DNA of 64,000 nucleotides from Octopus sinensis (GCF_006345805.1 NC_043006.1:84940001-85004000), one strand, 5' to 3'. Positions 36,271 through 51,669 are shown, numbered from the stretch's first letter. Notes: generated by a model not told the origin, from the letters alone. Numbers and translations: made by a program.

Positions 36271-38159
36271 GTGAATGTACACCAATGCGCATGTACACGC
36301 ACATTTTTTTTCTTTTGGAACGGTGAATCTTGAAGCAGAGGAAGCTATAAAATAACTGCGAGTTAATATTCTGTCTGAAGGGCTTTGTAACCAAATATTT
36401 ACACGGTATTATTTGGAGCTATATTCCTTCGAAATGTACCGTTCCAAAAGAGAATTATTTCTCCTCGAAGTTTATAAATTTTTATGACGTCAACAAGTGT
36501 GTGTATGTGTGTGTGTGTGTGTGTCACGTTTGTTTTCTTATCAATGCATCGATTAATACTAATCGTGTTGTTGGTAGATTTTTTTAAAAATTCAATCTTT
36601 CTCTGCATGGACATGTTCTATATGTATACACACACATATACACATCTGTGTATGTATATCCAGTTAATATATATCAAGAGGGATAACTTCCTAATCAAGC
36701 AAGCAGACGCGCATGTTTATATTTTCTCCCGCCTACCCAAGACATGCAAATACGCCTACACCTCCACACACACACTCACTCTTTCTCTTCCCTTACACAG
36801 ACAGGTTCTCATATACAAAAACTAAAGAGCATGTACTATTTCATACATAAAATAAACATGACTTCTTTGTCTGCACTGACACACATCAGCTAACAGCTCT
36901 CAAGTATACACTCGTCGTTTTGAATAGACAATCACCTCCAAATTTGCTTCTTGGACCCCACCCGCAACCTCTTTTAAAAGCGGATCTCATTTCTTACTAT
37001 GTATGTGTGCGTATGTGGTGGTGGTGTAGGGGGTACGCATGCACGTGACTAAGCTTGAAGTTAAATCTTTCGTTATAACCGACCTACATACACCTTTCCA
37101 AATTTGAAATTTGCTAGGAGACAGTGTGAGTGTACAAACGAAAGAAAGTAACGCTCAACGCATTTGGTAGGAGCTACATATATTATTTAATTAATAATAA
37201 TATGATCCAGCTCCATACGACTTCGAACTTACCTTGTCAGGTATCTTTGACATGTGACAAGATAGGTTCGTCCTACAAGCCTACGAGTCAAATTGCTATT
37301 AAATCACACACCTCCCACACACGATTTAATCACCAGTGCTAGTAAAATTGTATTCCAGTTATATATTGAGGTAAAATCGGTCACTTGCGACCGTATTCTG
37401 TTCTATGGTGTTTTGTTCACCTGACTCCCACGCTCTCTCTCTCTCTCTTTCTTTCCTTCTTTCACACGCACACGCAACCTGGGCTTCCAATCTTATGCAC
37501 TCACCTGTTTGTACGTATACACCTACGTATGTATATCCCCACATACATATAGCTCATTTTCTTTATTCTTGACTCATCTGGCTCTTTAACATACATACAC
37601 TCAATCACATACATACTCAATCACATACATACAAGGTGTGGACAGATTCAGAGACGACTCTTCTCGTAATCTCCATGCAAATATTATCTAACGTGTGTTT
37701 TTAGCTAATTTAATTATTAATGGTGGATCCATTTTAATAATTGAGGATCGCTTCGTTTGAAATCCTGGCAGTGTTCGTGTGTGTGTGTGTAGTATTTCTC
37801 TTTCACAATATCGTCATATTTCTAATAGATGAAAAACCCATACGACCTTCAATTGCCATTGGAAGCCTTCGGTATATTCTATTCAACAATATAATTGAAT
37901 AATATACAATTGGATCCTGTCTTCGTTCACGCGATTCAGTAATGTGTGTCTCTCTGTGTATCTGTCTGTGCGTGTGTGTATACGATCACGTGGCTTTTGC
38001 ACATCATAAAATCTTAAATGCGATGCCAGTCTTCCACAACAGATCAGTTTGAAGGCAGAACTGGAGTAAGGCAGGGATGAGTAATAGTCCCCGTTCTCTT
38101 TTCCTTTCTCTCAACTGTTGCTCATGATCGGTATACACATATTCCTTTGGGTGACCAAA

Positions 38160-38375
38160 TCTCTACTACCACAAGGGGCTAAACATAGAGGGGATAAACA
38201 AGGACAGAGATTAAGTCGATTACATCGTACCCAGTGTGAAACTGGTACTTCATTTATTGACCCCGAAAGGATGAACGGCAAAGTCAACCTCGGCGGAATT
38301 TGAACTCAGAACGTAACGACAGACGAAATACCGCTAGGCATTTCGCCCGGCGCGCTAGCGTGTCTGCCAGCTCGC
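38160..38375 (-). mobile_element. Family B SINE
   Basis: Colinear reverse complement of 14498-14715. Confidence 0.88.
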
Positions 38376-38589
38376 AGCCCTATACCAAATCTCATATATG
38401 TGACAAGTTATTCAACCCTGGCAAAACAAAGACTTCGACAGTATCAGTAGAGACTGCAGTTTGTGTGATTCCAGCAGAATAACTTGCAGACAACATTTTC
38501 TCTGATATACACGACAATAAGAGTCTAATTCTCAACATAAATATCTCTGATATTGATGGAAGATCCAACTTGTGTACTGCTTTGCATGC

Positions 38590-39160
38590 AACTTTTGGTC
38601 GCTTTGCAAGATAACTATGAAAATCACAATCTTATCGTTGCTGCACCCATTTTACTGTGGTATAAATCCTGAAACCTGGACATATTATAGGTCACATCTC
38701 CAGTGGCATGAAATGTTCTACCAGAGACGTATAAGGAAAATTATGCTACATTCAGTGACAATAGACGTAGGACTGTCAAGCGTACTGCTTGAGTCTGCCT
38801 TGAAACTACGATTACGCTCCGTTGGCCATGTTGCGTGAAAAATATGACCAACTGTTGTCCAAACAACTGTTTTACTCACAGCTCACTGAAGGACAGCACA
38901 CAGGATGCATAAGATAAAGGAAGTAGTTCAAAGACGTAGTTGAGGGAAATTTGAAAAAGGCTGACATCGATATATACGAATGGTATTGTTAGTGAATAAC
39001 GAGAGGTGATGGATAAATTTATGATAGCGCCCTGCACAACATGAGCCGAACATTTCGATGATAAACGTTGACGTAGAAGGCAACGGTTAACTGGATCCTG
39101 CAGTTCTGCCTGCTTGGTTACGTGTGGTTTCACATAGATTAGAACTAACTTGATTATCAC
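38590..39160 (+). mobile_element. RTE (BovB-like) LINE 3' fragment, heavily degraded
   Basis: ETWTYYRSH..FYQRRIRKI..LRSVGHVA..LSKQLFYSQL..FKDVVEGNLKK..D motifs. Confidence 0.75.
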
Positions 39161-39329
39161 TTTGGCGTAGGGGGTGGAGGAAACGGTGATGTGTGTGTGT
39201 GTGTAAGTCTTGGCCCTTGAATCATTTTTGCAAATTTCTACCAGTTAAAAATAAGTTATATATTTACTAATGCAGAGTTATATTTCTCTTCTCTGCCCCA
39301 ACACACACATACACAGATATAAACGCGAA

Positions 39330-39700
39330 GGCATAGTTATGTGGTTGAGAACCTCGCTTTGCAACCACACAGTTTGGGGTTCAGTCCCACTACGTAGCAC
39401 TTTCGGCAAGTGTCTTCTACAAGAACCTCGAATCTACCAATGCTGTGAGAGTGAATTTGGTAAACAGAAAGATGATAGTCATCATCTCTGTGTGCGAATG
39501 TGTGTGTCTTCCACAGTTTCACGACCAAAGTTGACAATGTCCCCGTAACGTAGCGATTCCGTAAATGAAACCTACAGAATAAATGCCCTTAAAAAAAAAA
39601 TTATTACTAGGGTCGATTTATCCGATTAAAACCGTTGAAGGCAGTGCCCCAGCACGGCCGCAGTCCAATGACTGATGAAACAAGTAAAAGAAAATAAAAG
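39330..39700 (+). mobile_element. Family A SINE (diverged)
   Basis: Head, CORE-like segment and tail all recognisable. Confidence 0.8.
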
Positions 39701-42700
39701 ATCTCTATACACAAGCGCACACATACACATGGAGCTTAAACAGTTCCCGGCTCATTAACACACATCTGAACACCGATAATGCTTCTTGTAATGTTGCAAC
39801 TGCTACTTTCTACATTTATCATTCACGGCAATTATCGGTTTTTCTTTTTCTGAGAAACAGAAACAATCAATCCACTTTCTTGTCATATGCTTGTTATATT
39901 TTCCGATATACATGTGTGCGCGCGAATACATAGCATGTATGCGTGTGTGTATATATATACACGCACACACACAAGCTGCTGTTCTTGTAGAGATTTTAAC
40001 TGGTTTAATTTCAACCGGTATTTCTCTGGCTGCTACCATTTTGTGAAGAAATAAGCATGATGCACTGTTCTCCCTTTTTTGATATTTGAAACCTTTGAGG
40101 GGTCGTATGATAACGTTATCGCATCAATTCTACACAATTTTGTTAGCTGCAAACGCACACATTATAAACGCTCATATACATAAATACACTTTCGTTTTCG
40201 TGCACATGTGTACATCTACTGATATAGGTATATCTTCACTGCTAGGTTTAACTTCTCACCATCAACTATTCATAGCATGTCTTTTGGCTAGACAAACTCC
40301 CTCCCCCCACAAAAAATTGAATAAATAAATAAAACCCCAAGTTTTTGATCTACAGAAAATGGGATGTGATGTGGCGTGGTGATATAATTTTTCTCGAGGA
40401 TGTCAGTAAAGAATGACATACTTTGTTCTGAGAATCGAAACCCAAACATTACGGCGGTCGATTGTTACCTTAACTATGGTACTGGGTCAAAGATTTGTCT
40501 TATAAGCACAGTGTAGCTCAGTTTTATAATGGAAAAGAAAATGAGATTGTGTGACGTGCATACATTTCTGAAGGACAGTCATGTGCAATGAAATTAAATG
40601 TTTGGGTTGTGGAACAAAAGTATATTTTGTAGACCATCTTAGAAAATTAACTTTATTTTACATATACACATATACATACAAAGCATAAATCAAAACACAT
40701 CTGTTACGGATGTATAATGTTCTATAAACATGCTTAAGATATATACATGAAAGAATTATATCAATACCTATGCCTGAGAAACGATGCATACGTTCGGACC
40801 CAAATGCGGATTTTGGCACACAAAGCAAAATAAAAACTATACCACAGGCCTTCAGCAGCAAGAAAAAAGAGAATTTTAATCCCGTATATATTACTGTGAG
40901 TGTAGCTCGAAATTGGCCCTCAAAAAAAAAAAGTAAATAATTTATTGGCTAAACTGGCAATATGACCATTCCGAAATATAACAATAAATAATTAAAATTC
41001 TTATTAAAACAGATATAGCAGATTTTACACGGCGTCGGTTTCTAAGTCTCCATACAAAGTACAAGTAACGTGGAGCATCGGTTCATTCAATCTTGCAAAT
41101 TTACATTTCATGGGAATAAGCTATTAATAATAATGTTTTGTGTGTGTCTACTATCCCAGATTTATCTGTTGAAGTGAAAGCGTTAGCTTTAATCAACCCC
41201 TATAGTCTACAAGATTTCCTTGTTTAGCAGCTCGACTTTTTTTTATTGTTACTTCCAGTTTCAATTTGTCATTTAATTTTATTTATAAAGATGCTTATTC
41301 ATGTTCAAGGTTGCAATCCTTCACCAAAGCTTTTTCTTCTATCCTTCCTGTTTTTCAATACTCCTGCAAAATTCACAAGACAATGTCACCTTTTTTTTTA
41401 GTCCCATTTTACCATCGTGTGTCCTGCTACTTCACCTCTGCAAGTGTCTTCTTGTCCAAAATCACTCTCCTTTACATACCGCCACCAACCAGCATCACCC
41501 TCATCATCATCGTCCCCAAATTCCTCTTTCTCTTCTGCTTGCTTGGCTGACTTGTTATTGCGCTTAACTGCTGCTGCTACAGCTGTTGTTGCTTGTTGCT
41601 GTGTTCCTCATTCTGCTGTTGGTTCCAGAAAAGAAAATCCACAGGATCAGATAATCTTGCCGCCACACTTTTTTTTGTTTCTTTTGTTTTTTTTTATATT
41701 ATTATTTCTTTCAGACTAATAATTGATTCCACCACCATCAGCCTACATGCTCGCAGTCTCTTTGTTTTCTCATTGTGTGTGCGCGTATACAAACACACAT
41801 ATATATATGTGCACATACACACGTGTTGTATGTAGTTTATTTAAAGGGTGAAAGGGAGTCGGTTTGCGTATTCGCTGACCTTCATATCACATGTAACTTA
41901 GGTTGTTGTGATGGTCGTGGTAGTAGTAGTAGTAATAATAATAATAATAATAATGGTTTGTGTTGACTTGGCACTGAGCCAATTTTAAGTAGAAGAATGG
42001 TCTAGGTAGCTGATTGAAATCGACTTCTATCTATCCATCCATCCAGTCAATCACCCTAACATACACAAAATTTTCGAATTTTATGCGAAGCAAAAATAAA
42101 ATGTGACTCCTTGACGAGTATTGAACTCAGAAAGTCATCTATGTATGTAACAATGTATCTATGTATGTACGTTCGTATATACACGCGCGCGCCATGTGAT
42201 AACAGATGATAATATATTTGCCACAGGGACAGTCAGTCGGTCGATCATATTATTACAATACATTAAAATATGAAGCATATATTATTACTATATCACAGTG
42301 CTTTTAGTATATTTAATATAACTTAGTAAATAGACACGAATATATAATAATACAACACGATCGTAATGAAACAGCTATCTTATATCCACATCTACTTTTA
42401 TTATTGTTATTATTATTGCTATTCTTTTACTCATTATAAATTAAAATTATATTCTTGTTCATTCATTTCTGCTCTAAGGATTTTCTTTCTTTCTTTCTTT
42501 TTTTAATTTTTGCATATTAAAGTTTCTTTGCTTTATTATTAATTAACCACCTGGGTGTAATTGTTCGAACGAATAAAATTATCCAATTCTACCTAAGTGA
42601 ATTTACATATCTCAGTCCACACACACACGTTCCTATTCATTAACTATTCAATCTTAGATCAAATCCTTAGCTTTCTTGCTAATTAATTTAGGTTTTAAGA

Positions 42701-42874
42701 ACAAGTATCTCTGTGTGGTGTGAATGAGGTTGGATGCATTTTTCAAATTCGTGTTTGGAGGCTCAACTTTGCAAATCACTCTTACAAATAACACAGCTTT
42801 ATATTTTAAGTATATATTTTTCTACACATTGTATTGTATAGGTATTTTCTATCCATGTTTAGTACACACATGTT

Positions 42875-42975
42875 TATATATATATTGTAATATCGTATGT
42901 ATATATATTGTAATATCGTGTGTATATTATGCATATATATATACTGTAATATCGTATGTATATTATGTATGTATG

Positions 42976-43015
<40 letters not shown>

Positions 43016-43083
43016 AATATCGTATGTATATTTATGTATATATATATATATACATATATATATTGTAATATCGTATGTATTTA

Positions 43084-43114
<31 letters not shown>

Positions 43115-43889
43115 TGAATAATCGTAATGTATATTATATATATTATTATTATACATATATATATTGTAATGTCGTATGTCTATTATGTAATAGATATCTA
43201 TATATATCTGTAAAATATATATATATATATATCTCTATATATTGTTAAAATCTATATATATCTTATCTATATACTATGTAAAATATATATATATATATTA
43301 TATCTACATACTCTATATCATTGTAATATCGTATGGTATATTATGCATATATATATATATATATATATATAGATGGTAATATATATATATATATATATAT
43401 TGTAATATATATATATAGATTATATATATATTAATTGTAACTATATATATATATATATATGTAATATATATTATATATATATATGTAATATATATATATA
43501 TATTATATTGTAATATATATATATATATATATATATGTTTAATATATATTAATATATATATTGTAATATATATATATATATATATATTGTAATATATATA
43601 TATATATATATATTGTAATATATATATAATATATATATTGTAAATTATATATATTATATATATTGTAATATATATATATATATATATATTGTAATATATA
43701 TATATATATATATTGTAATATAGAAATATATATATATTTGTATATATATATATATATAATAATATAATTGTAATATATAATATATATATATATATATATT
43801 GTAATATATAATATTATATATTGTAATATATAGATATATATATATATATATATTTGTAATATATATATTATATATATCTATATATATTG

Positions 43890-43925
<36 letters not shown>

Positions 43926-44385
43926 GTAATATATATATATATATATATATATATTTGTAATATATATATATATATATATATTGTAATATATATATATATA
44001 TATTGTAATATATAGATATATAGATATTTGTAATATATATATATATTGTAATATATATATATATAGATATATAAATATAAATATTAAATATATATATATA
44101 TTGTAATATAGATATATATATATATAATGTAATATATATATATATATATATATTGTAATATATAGATATATATATATTATATTGAATTATATATATATAT
44201 TAGTATTGGTAATTATATAGATGTATATATATTTGTAAGAATGATATATATATATATAATTGTAATAATATATATATATATATATTGTAATATCTATATA
44301 TATATATATATTGTAATATATATAGATATATATATATATTGTAATTATATATATATATATATTGTAATATATATATATACACATA
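42875..44385. repeat. 1.5-kb TTGTAA(TA)n minisatellite
   Basis: Dozens of TTGTAA units separated by variable (TA)n spacers. Confidence 0.95.
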
Positions 44386-44624
44386 TATACACATATAATA
44401 TGCGCAAGGGAGGATAGAGAAAAAGCGTTATAGCAAATTACTTCTCTAGTTTGAAATATGCTTAAAAAGGAAGGTTGCTGCTAACAACTAGACTAAATTA
44501 ATATACCCCCTCCTCTTCCCTATAATCCGCTAATTTACTCTTCCTACTCCTCTTCCTTCTACCTTGTCTTTCCTCCTTTCCCATTGTATTAATGTGATAA
44601 CATAAAGCACCTGGTAGTTGTAAT

Positions 44625-44662
<38 letters not shown>

Positions 44663-47154
44663 CCGTTGCCCAAAACGTATTTTGAACTTTTTTCTTTCTT
44701 AAACACATTTCTCTCTTCCTCTTTTCGATCTCCCTTTAATGTTAAAGGCAGGGAAAGATAAGGAAAAGAGATGAAACAGACTGGAATAGCAAAGAAGTAT
44801 ATATATATATATATATAATAATATATATATATATATAGCAAAACCTATCGACTCCATAATACTTATTATTAATACCTGTTGGACTTGCTTAGCTGTGTGT
44901 GATGAAATAGAAAAGGAGAGAGATGATAATATTATTAGAGAGAGAGAGAGAGCCTACATTATTATCTGTGTCTTGTTGGGGCATGTGACGAGTTTTGCTT
45001 AACATGATATTAAGTCACATTTATTATAATTGGTACCTGGGAATATAATATATAAACTCGTTTCTGTTGAGGTACATTTCACTTGCAATAAATTCTTTTC
45101 TCTTTCTATTCTTCTCTCTCTCACTCTCTTTCTGTTTGTCTCTCTCTCTTTCTGTATCTCTCTCTTTCTGTCTCTCTCTTTTCCTCTCTCTCTCTCCTCT
45201 CTCTCTCTCTCTCACTCGTTATATATTATTGATGAAGCCGTTGAAAGCTGTCCTTTATTTTTCTTATTTTCGTTTCACTGAGATGTGAATGATATGGTGT
45301 GTATATTTGTCCATGTGTATATGCATATCTATCTATGTGTGGATGAAATTTCGAACCTAATCAAACTAATTGTTTGAGATACCCTACTTTTAAGAAAACG
45401 TGATTGATTCGTGGTCATAGATTGATAGATATGGTAACGACACTGTAGCGTGGGGGGATGATATTCAAATGATTTCATTACTTTTCCTGGTTTATAAAGT
45501 ACTTTCTATGAACGTTTTAAATAAAACGTGTTCACCGTATTTCTAATCTCAAGAAATCAAACTGAGATAGATAGTTGCAGCAGATAGATAAAAAAAGGAT
45601 TAACTGTAAAACAACCGTCATTGTAATTAAAAATGGGCGCCAGAAAATAAAAACTGCATCAGGGATTCTCGAACTGCTAGAAACAGCAGTTAGATATCTC
45701 TAAAACAGCATTCAACCGCATTGAATAAAGAAGACAATATAATTCAGAGGGTTTGACATAGGAAAAAATAGGATGGTCACGGCTGGAACTCTTTTTGGTC
45801 ATAGGCTTGTCTGCTCAATCAGATCTGGGGCTGAACTGCAAGTAACTAAAAAACAATGCACAAAGTAGAATAGTTTTTCTTTATTTATTCTTCCAATTAT
45901 TAATTAACCGACAAAGCAGGTAATAGTATCGATTGTAATAATAGCTAAAATCAGAGGCGCTGTCCGGAAGTCCTTTGAAGCCACCCACCTTATTTATATT
46001 TGTAGCTAATCTTTCTATAATAGCATAAATACAAGCTGCTCAATCGCCATTTTCAAATATGGACTTCATGTTTTCCTTTTTTTTTTTCTTTTGCTAGTCA
46101 CACTAAATTGTTGTTTAGCCTCGGGTTAAACCCGATCAAAAGCAGTGGTATGGCAGTTTACCATTTGGGTTGGGTATCTAAGACTACATTATCTAATGTG
46201 TCCTTTCCTCCTTTTTAAATATTAACTCGCCTAAGACCTCTTCAGTTTTGTGATACAAAATTCATGCTTAAAAATTATCTAAGTTCTGATTTGATTGTAA
46301 TCTACATCATTTGAAAAATATTTGTTGAAAATTTCCGTAAAAAGTTCTCGTTTTCCCGAAAGTTATGAGGAAACAAAGTCAGGCCCTGAATTATCCTACA
46401 TTCCTGTCTTCCATACCGAAAAACGGTTTTCATTGCAAATCCTGATATATTTGCCGTTTACATCATCTGAAACACATTTGTAGAAAATTTCATTAAAAAA
46501 TATCTTATGTTAATTTATGTTCCTAAAATTAGTTCAATAATGACTAAATTATTTTATTAAATTCTTAATTATATCTATAATAAATTGAAACGAAGGCAAT
46601 GTGTTTCAAGAGAAATATGTACACAAAAGGGTAGTTGTGTGTAAGTTAAGAGAAGTTACCATCGCATACCCTTCCTATCTTTCGGTCATTAGACCGAGGC
46701 CATGCTGGGGCAACACCTAGAAGATTGTAGTTGAACAAATCAACCCCAGCACCTTTTTTTTTATTTCAAGCCTGGCACTTATTCTATCGGTCTCTTTTAC
46801 TGAACCATTAAGTTGCTCTCTTCAGGTCCTGCACACTAACCACTGAACCTAGTCCATCGTAGAACATCAAACTTCTGAAATTCCTTCCCTGCACTTGTCT
46901 CTCCTATGATTTGCTCTTTTCAAGGGCATCAATCTCACCAATCTCGAAAGCCTGTGAATGCCATGGCTATTGTCCTTTCCTCCTGATTTCTACAAGTAAA
47001 GTTTCTCTTATTAGGTTGATGCTGCCTGTTGGTTATTACTAAATTGAAAGCGCCAATCAAAATGTCATGTTAATTTATGTTTCAAACACCTGCTTAACAA
47101 TGAAAAATTAATTTTACTAAATTCTTCATTACTTTCAAAATTAATCAAAACAGA

Positions 47155-47530
47155 TGCAGGTGTGGTTAGAGGCTTGTTTCCCAATCATATGATTCTAGGT
47201 TCAGTCCCACTGCATTGCACCCTGGGCAAGTGTTTTCTACTATATAGCCTCAGGCCAACCAAAACCTTGGATCTGGTAGATGGGAGCTGCAAGAAGCTTG
47301 TCGCGTGTGTGTGTGTGTGTGTGTTTGTCCCCCCACCACCACTGCTTGACAACTTGTACTGGTGTGTTTACATCCCAGCAACTTAGTGGTTCAGTAAAAG
47401 AGACTGATAGAATAAGTGCCAGGCTTGAAATAAAAGAAAGGTGCTGGGGTTGATTTGTTCAACTACAATCTTCTAGGTGTTGCCCCAGCATGGCCTCGGT
47501 CTAATGACTGAAAGCAAGTTAAAGATAAGA
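47155..47530 (+). mobile_element. Family A SINE
   Basis: Head to tail recognisable. Confidence 0.82.
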
Positions 47531-48287
47531 GATTAAAGCAATGTATTTCAAAATATTTATGAAAATAAAAGGGTTAAAGTGATGTAAATTGAAACCTTTC
47601 ATCATCGTTTTATGTTAATTTATGTTCCAAACACTAACTTAACAACAACAAAGTGATTTTACTAAATCCTCTGTTGTTTTCGAAATTAATTGACACAAAG
47701 CCTCACTGTATTTCCACAGAAATATATTCACAAAACAGTTAATCTCAAAGCTGTTCTAAAGTTAGACAGTTTTATTGATTTTTATTCGGGTGTGTCTGTT
47801 GTAATATGTTTAGTTAACTAACAAGCTGTGATAATAGCAGTGTATCCCATTTTGCTAACTTATCTGAGGTTTTTTTTTTGGTGGTGGTGGGGGTGGATTT
47901 ATAGATAAAATGGAATGAGGGTCTGTTGTCAAATATTTGATGACATGAACAAGCAAAACTGTTTTCAAAGTTAACATGAATTTAATATTTGCATTAGTTT
48001 ACATTTTTTTAACACTATTATCACCAACAGATGTTTTTTTTTGTGTTTGTAAGAGTTGGATGGGTCTGTAAAGGAAGCATTTCTGTTATAAGTATGTCAT
48101 AATGTTATATATCGGGATGGTCTTTTTTTTGTCAAATAAATACAAAGAAATAAACATCACACATGGGATGGAGAGTTGCTGAAGAGGTCACAGGAGGTGT
48201 GACAATAGATTTTCAGACAAAAGACAATAAAATAAGAACAAAAATAAATCTGAAGTGAAGAATGAATATAGTGTGCATGTTTATTTA

Positions 48288-48672
48288 TCTTTTACTTGTT
48301 TCAGTCATTAGACTGCGACCATGCTGGGGCACCTCCTTGAAGAATTTTAGTTGAATGTGTCGACTCCAGTACATTTTTCTAAGACTGGTACTTATTCTAT
48401 TGATCTTTTTTGCTGACCCACTAAGTTATGGAGGCAAAAAATACACCAATTCCAGTTGTCAAGTGGTGGTGGAGAACAAACACACACACATGCACACACA
48501 CACACACACACATATATGATGGGCTTTTTTCAGTTTCTGTCTACCAAATCCACTCAGAAGGTTGTAGTCAGCCTGAAGCTATAGTAGAAGATGCTTACCC
48601 AAGATGCCATGCAGTGGGACTGAACTCAGGAATCATGTGGTTAGGAAGCAAGCTTCTTACCATGCAGCCAAG
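48288..48672 (-). mobile_element. Family A SINE
   Basis: TTTTACTTGTTTCAGTCATTAGACTG tail at 48288; head near 48670. Confidence 0.85.
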
Positions 48673-48894
48673 CCTGGCAAAAAAAAAAAAAAAATTGACT
48701 ATCCTAAAATATAACAATATCTGTTCCAACACACAATTTCACATCAGGAATCTTGCAAAACCAACACCCAAATATTGTCATAACCCTTTCATAAACTATA
48801 TTTTTGTTGAATTACACTTTTTCTCCTAATTTCAATTAATTTAGAAAATAACATAGAATATAGAAAATAACATAGAATATAGTGGCATGTGTAA

Positions 48895-49131
48895 AAAGAT
48901 TCGAGCGAGGTCATTGCCAGTACCGCCTGACTGGCCCCTGTGTCAGTGGCACGTAAAATGCACCCACTACACTGTCGGAGTGGTTGGCGTTAGGAAGGGC
49001 ATCCAGCTGTAGAAACTCTTCCAGATCAAGATTGGAGCTTGGTGCAGCCATCTGGTTCGCCAGCCCTCAGTCAAAATCGTCCAACCCATACTAGCATGGA
49101 AAGTGGACATTAAACGATGATGATGATGATG
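48895..49131 (+). mobile_element. Family C element
   Basis: AGGAAGGGCATCCAGCTGTAGAAAC core and (TGA)n tail; complementary to 30228-30470. Confidence 0.85.
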
Positions 49132-49430
49132 AGATATATATATATATATATATGTGTGTGTGGTGTGTGTGTGATAGCTGTTATTTGTGAATATTTAACT
49201 TATATATTGATTGCTGAGAATAGGTTTTTCTTTTTTTTGTGTGTTAGTAATGATGTGCTAGAATTGCTGTATGGTTAAGAAGCTTGCTTCCCAACCATGT
49301 GGTATCAGGTTCAGTCCCATTCTGTGACAACTTTGGGCTAGTGACTTGTACTTTAGCACCTGGCCAGCCAAAGCCTTGTGAGCAGAGTACACTCATCCTG
49401 TACCTCTTATGTTAACTCTCTATCTCATTT

Positions 49431-49472
<42 letters not shown>

Positions 49473-50462
49473 GTAAAGTGTAATTAGAGAAATCAATCAA
49501 CCAACCAATCAACCAACATCTGTATCAGCTATTATTTTTTAAATATTTTTTTTTGCAAGCCACTTGCAGATACAAGTGCTACCAGTTGAAAGCTCTGCGC
49601 ACTGGATGCTAGCGATTTTATGGAAACAGGAGAGAATGCTTGCAATTTCAGGGCCTACCTCCCAACATCATTGCATCATCACTGTCCCCCTCACTGAAAT
49701 GAGGCCCTGGTTTTCAGATTTCACTCAATATTCTTCTAGCCATTGCACATTGTCTCTTTTTAACCAAATCGAGTGGCTTGTCTTTTCCACTGTAATTTGG
49801 ATATCACTCAGGGGGGTGGTATTTGCTTTATGATGAGCTAGGCCTAACAATAACAAAGTCACCTCTGTGTCCAACAATATCTTTTTTAGGTAAAAGTCAG
49901 CCTATTTATTTTTGGATGAGTTTGTAATTGATATATATTTGGATCTATATTTATCAATTGTAGAAGGATGATAGAAACTTAAGTTAACTTTTGTGTTATT
50001 TGAGCTCTGAAAAAACTGGGTTGAGACTAAATATTGTATGGCATTTAGTATAGTGTTTCCTTCCAACCTCTCCCTTCACTGCATGTAATATTGAAATGCT
50101 TATGTGACCACTCAGTCTGTTGGAAATAACAGCCAAATTTCCCTCAAATCACACCCTAGTATTTTTAGAAAAAAAAATAATGAGACAGACGTTAGATAAT
50201 GTAACTTTAAATGGTCACAATTTGGAGGGTTTTTTTTTTATCAAGAATCTGGTTAGAGCTGATCTGAGATTAAATGACAAATTATTTTCTTTGGAGTGGA
50301 TTATCAAAGAGTTGATTCTGAAATGCAACATGTTCTATATTGGCTGCAGTTGTTCACTGTTGACTATTGTTGACTGTTGTTCACTATTGTTAACTTACTA
50401 ACTTTTGTTCACTTTTACTGACTGTTGTTGATAGTGTTTTTTGATTGCCATTGACTGTTTCT

Positions 50463-50693
50463 TATTTCTTTATTGCCCACAAGGGGCTAAACACAGAGAG
50501 GACAAACAAGGACAGACAATTGGATCAAGCCAATTATATCGACCCCAGTGCGTAACTGGTACTTATTTAATCGACCCTGAAAGGATGAAAGGCAAAGTCG
50601 ACCTCGGTGGAATTTGAACTCAGAACGTAACCGCAGACGAAATACCGCTAAGCATTTCGCCCGGCGTGCTAACGCTTCTGCCAGCTCGCTGCC
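50463..50693 (-). mobile_element. Family B SINE, full length with TSD
   Basis: 12-bp TSD TTGACTGTTTCT at 50451-50462 and 50694-50705. Confidence 0.93.
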
Positions 50694-51669
50694 TTGACTG
50701 TTTCTGGCTGTTTTTGACCGTGACTAGCTGTCTTTCATGTTGACCATCACTAGCTGTCTTTGTTGTTGGCTGTCATTGACACTTGCTAGGTATCATAAAC
50801 TTGGCAGTATTCTAATTGCCTCATGAGCAGTAGCAGTAGTTGTAGTAGCATACTTCTTAATTTTTGTCTTTTTCCATTTCTTTCATTTGTGACTAATTTT
50901 TCAACTGGTGGTGGCAGGGATGGGTGGGAGGACTTTCACTTTTGTCTTTTAAAAGAAACCTGTAGAAGGCTTCGTTTGAAAAGATTCAAATGAAAATCAA
51001 ACTTGACATATTTTATCACCTCTTTGTTTTTTGTTTCTTTTTTTCATAGTTTATTTTATTTTAAAGTTTTCCTCCTACCACCAGTCATTCCCTACCATCA
51101 CCCACGATTCCTTTTCTCCACCTCATCCTCTCTTATCTCTCTCTCTCTCTCTCTCTCTCTCATTCTGTTTTTGTCTATCTATCTATCTGTCTCACTCAGT
51201 CTTCAGAATTTTTTTCCTTTGTCTTTCTGCTTAATCCCTAGAGCTTAATGGTAAACTCACTTTTCTTGGATTTCTTATTCTCAAATAGCTTGAAACAGGT
51301 TTTTTTTTTCTCTCTGGAATTTATTTGTTAGAAAAAGAAAAAGGATTTTCATTCTTTTTATTCCCTTTCTTCCCTTCTCCTTGAGCCACCCTCCTCCACT
51401 TCTTTTCATATTTCTTTTAACCAGTTAAGAAAGCTTGAAAATAATAAGGGGCCCTATATGCCTTACTTTCCTCCCTTTCCTTTCTAACCCTTAAAAACTA
51501 TTTTAGAAAGATACTGCCAAATACTTGCCAATATTCTCTCTAAAAATGAAATTATATTTGCTTTGTTAAGCAGCATCTATTGATTCTGGGCGTTTATTAT
51601 TGGTTGTAGCAGGTTTTGTTTTCAAAGATAAAACAAAAACAAACAAAACTAGTGCTGATCACAGGGAGC

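Noticed and set aside
48180-48215. CTGAAGA followed by a 6-bp hairpin GTCACA/TGTGAC
   Set aside because: Lacks the GAAA box after the hairpin.
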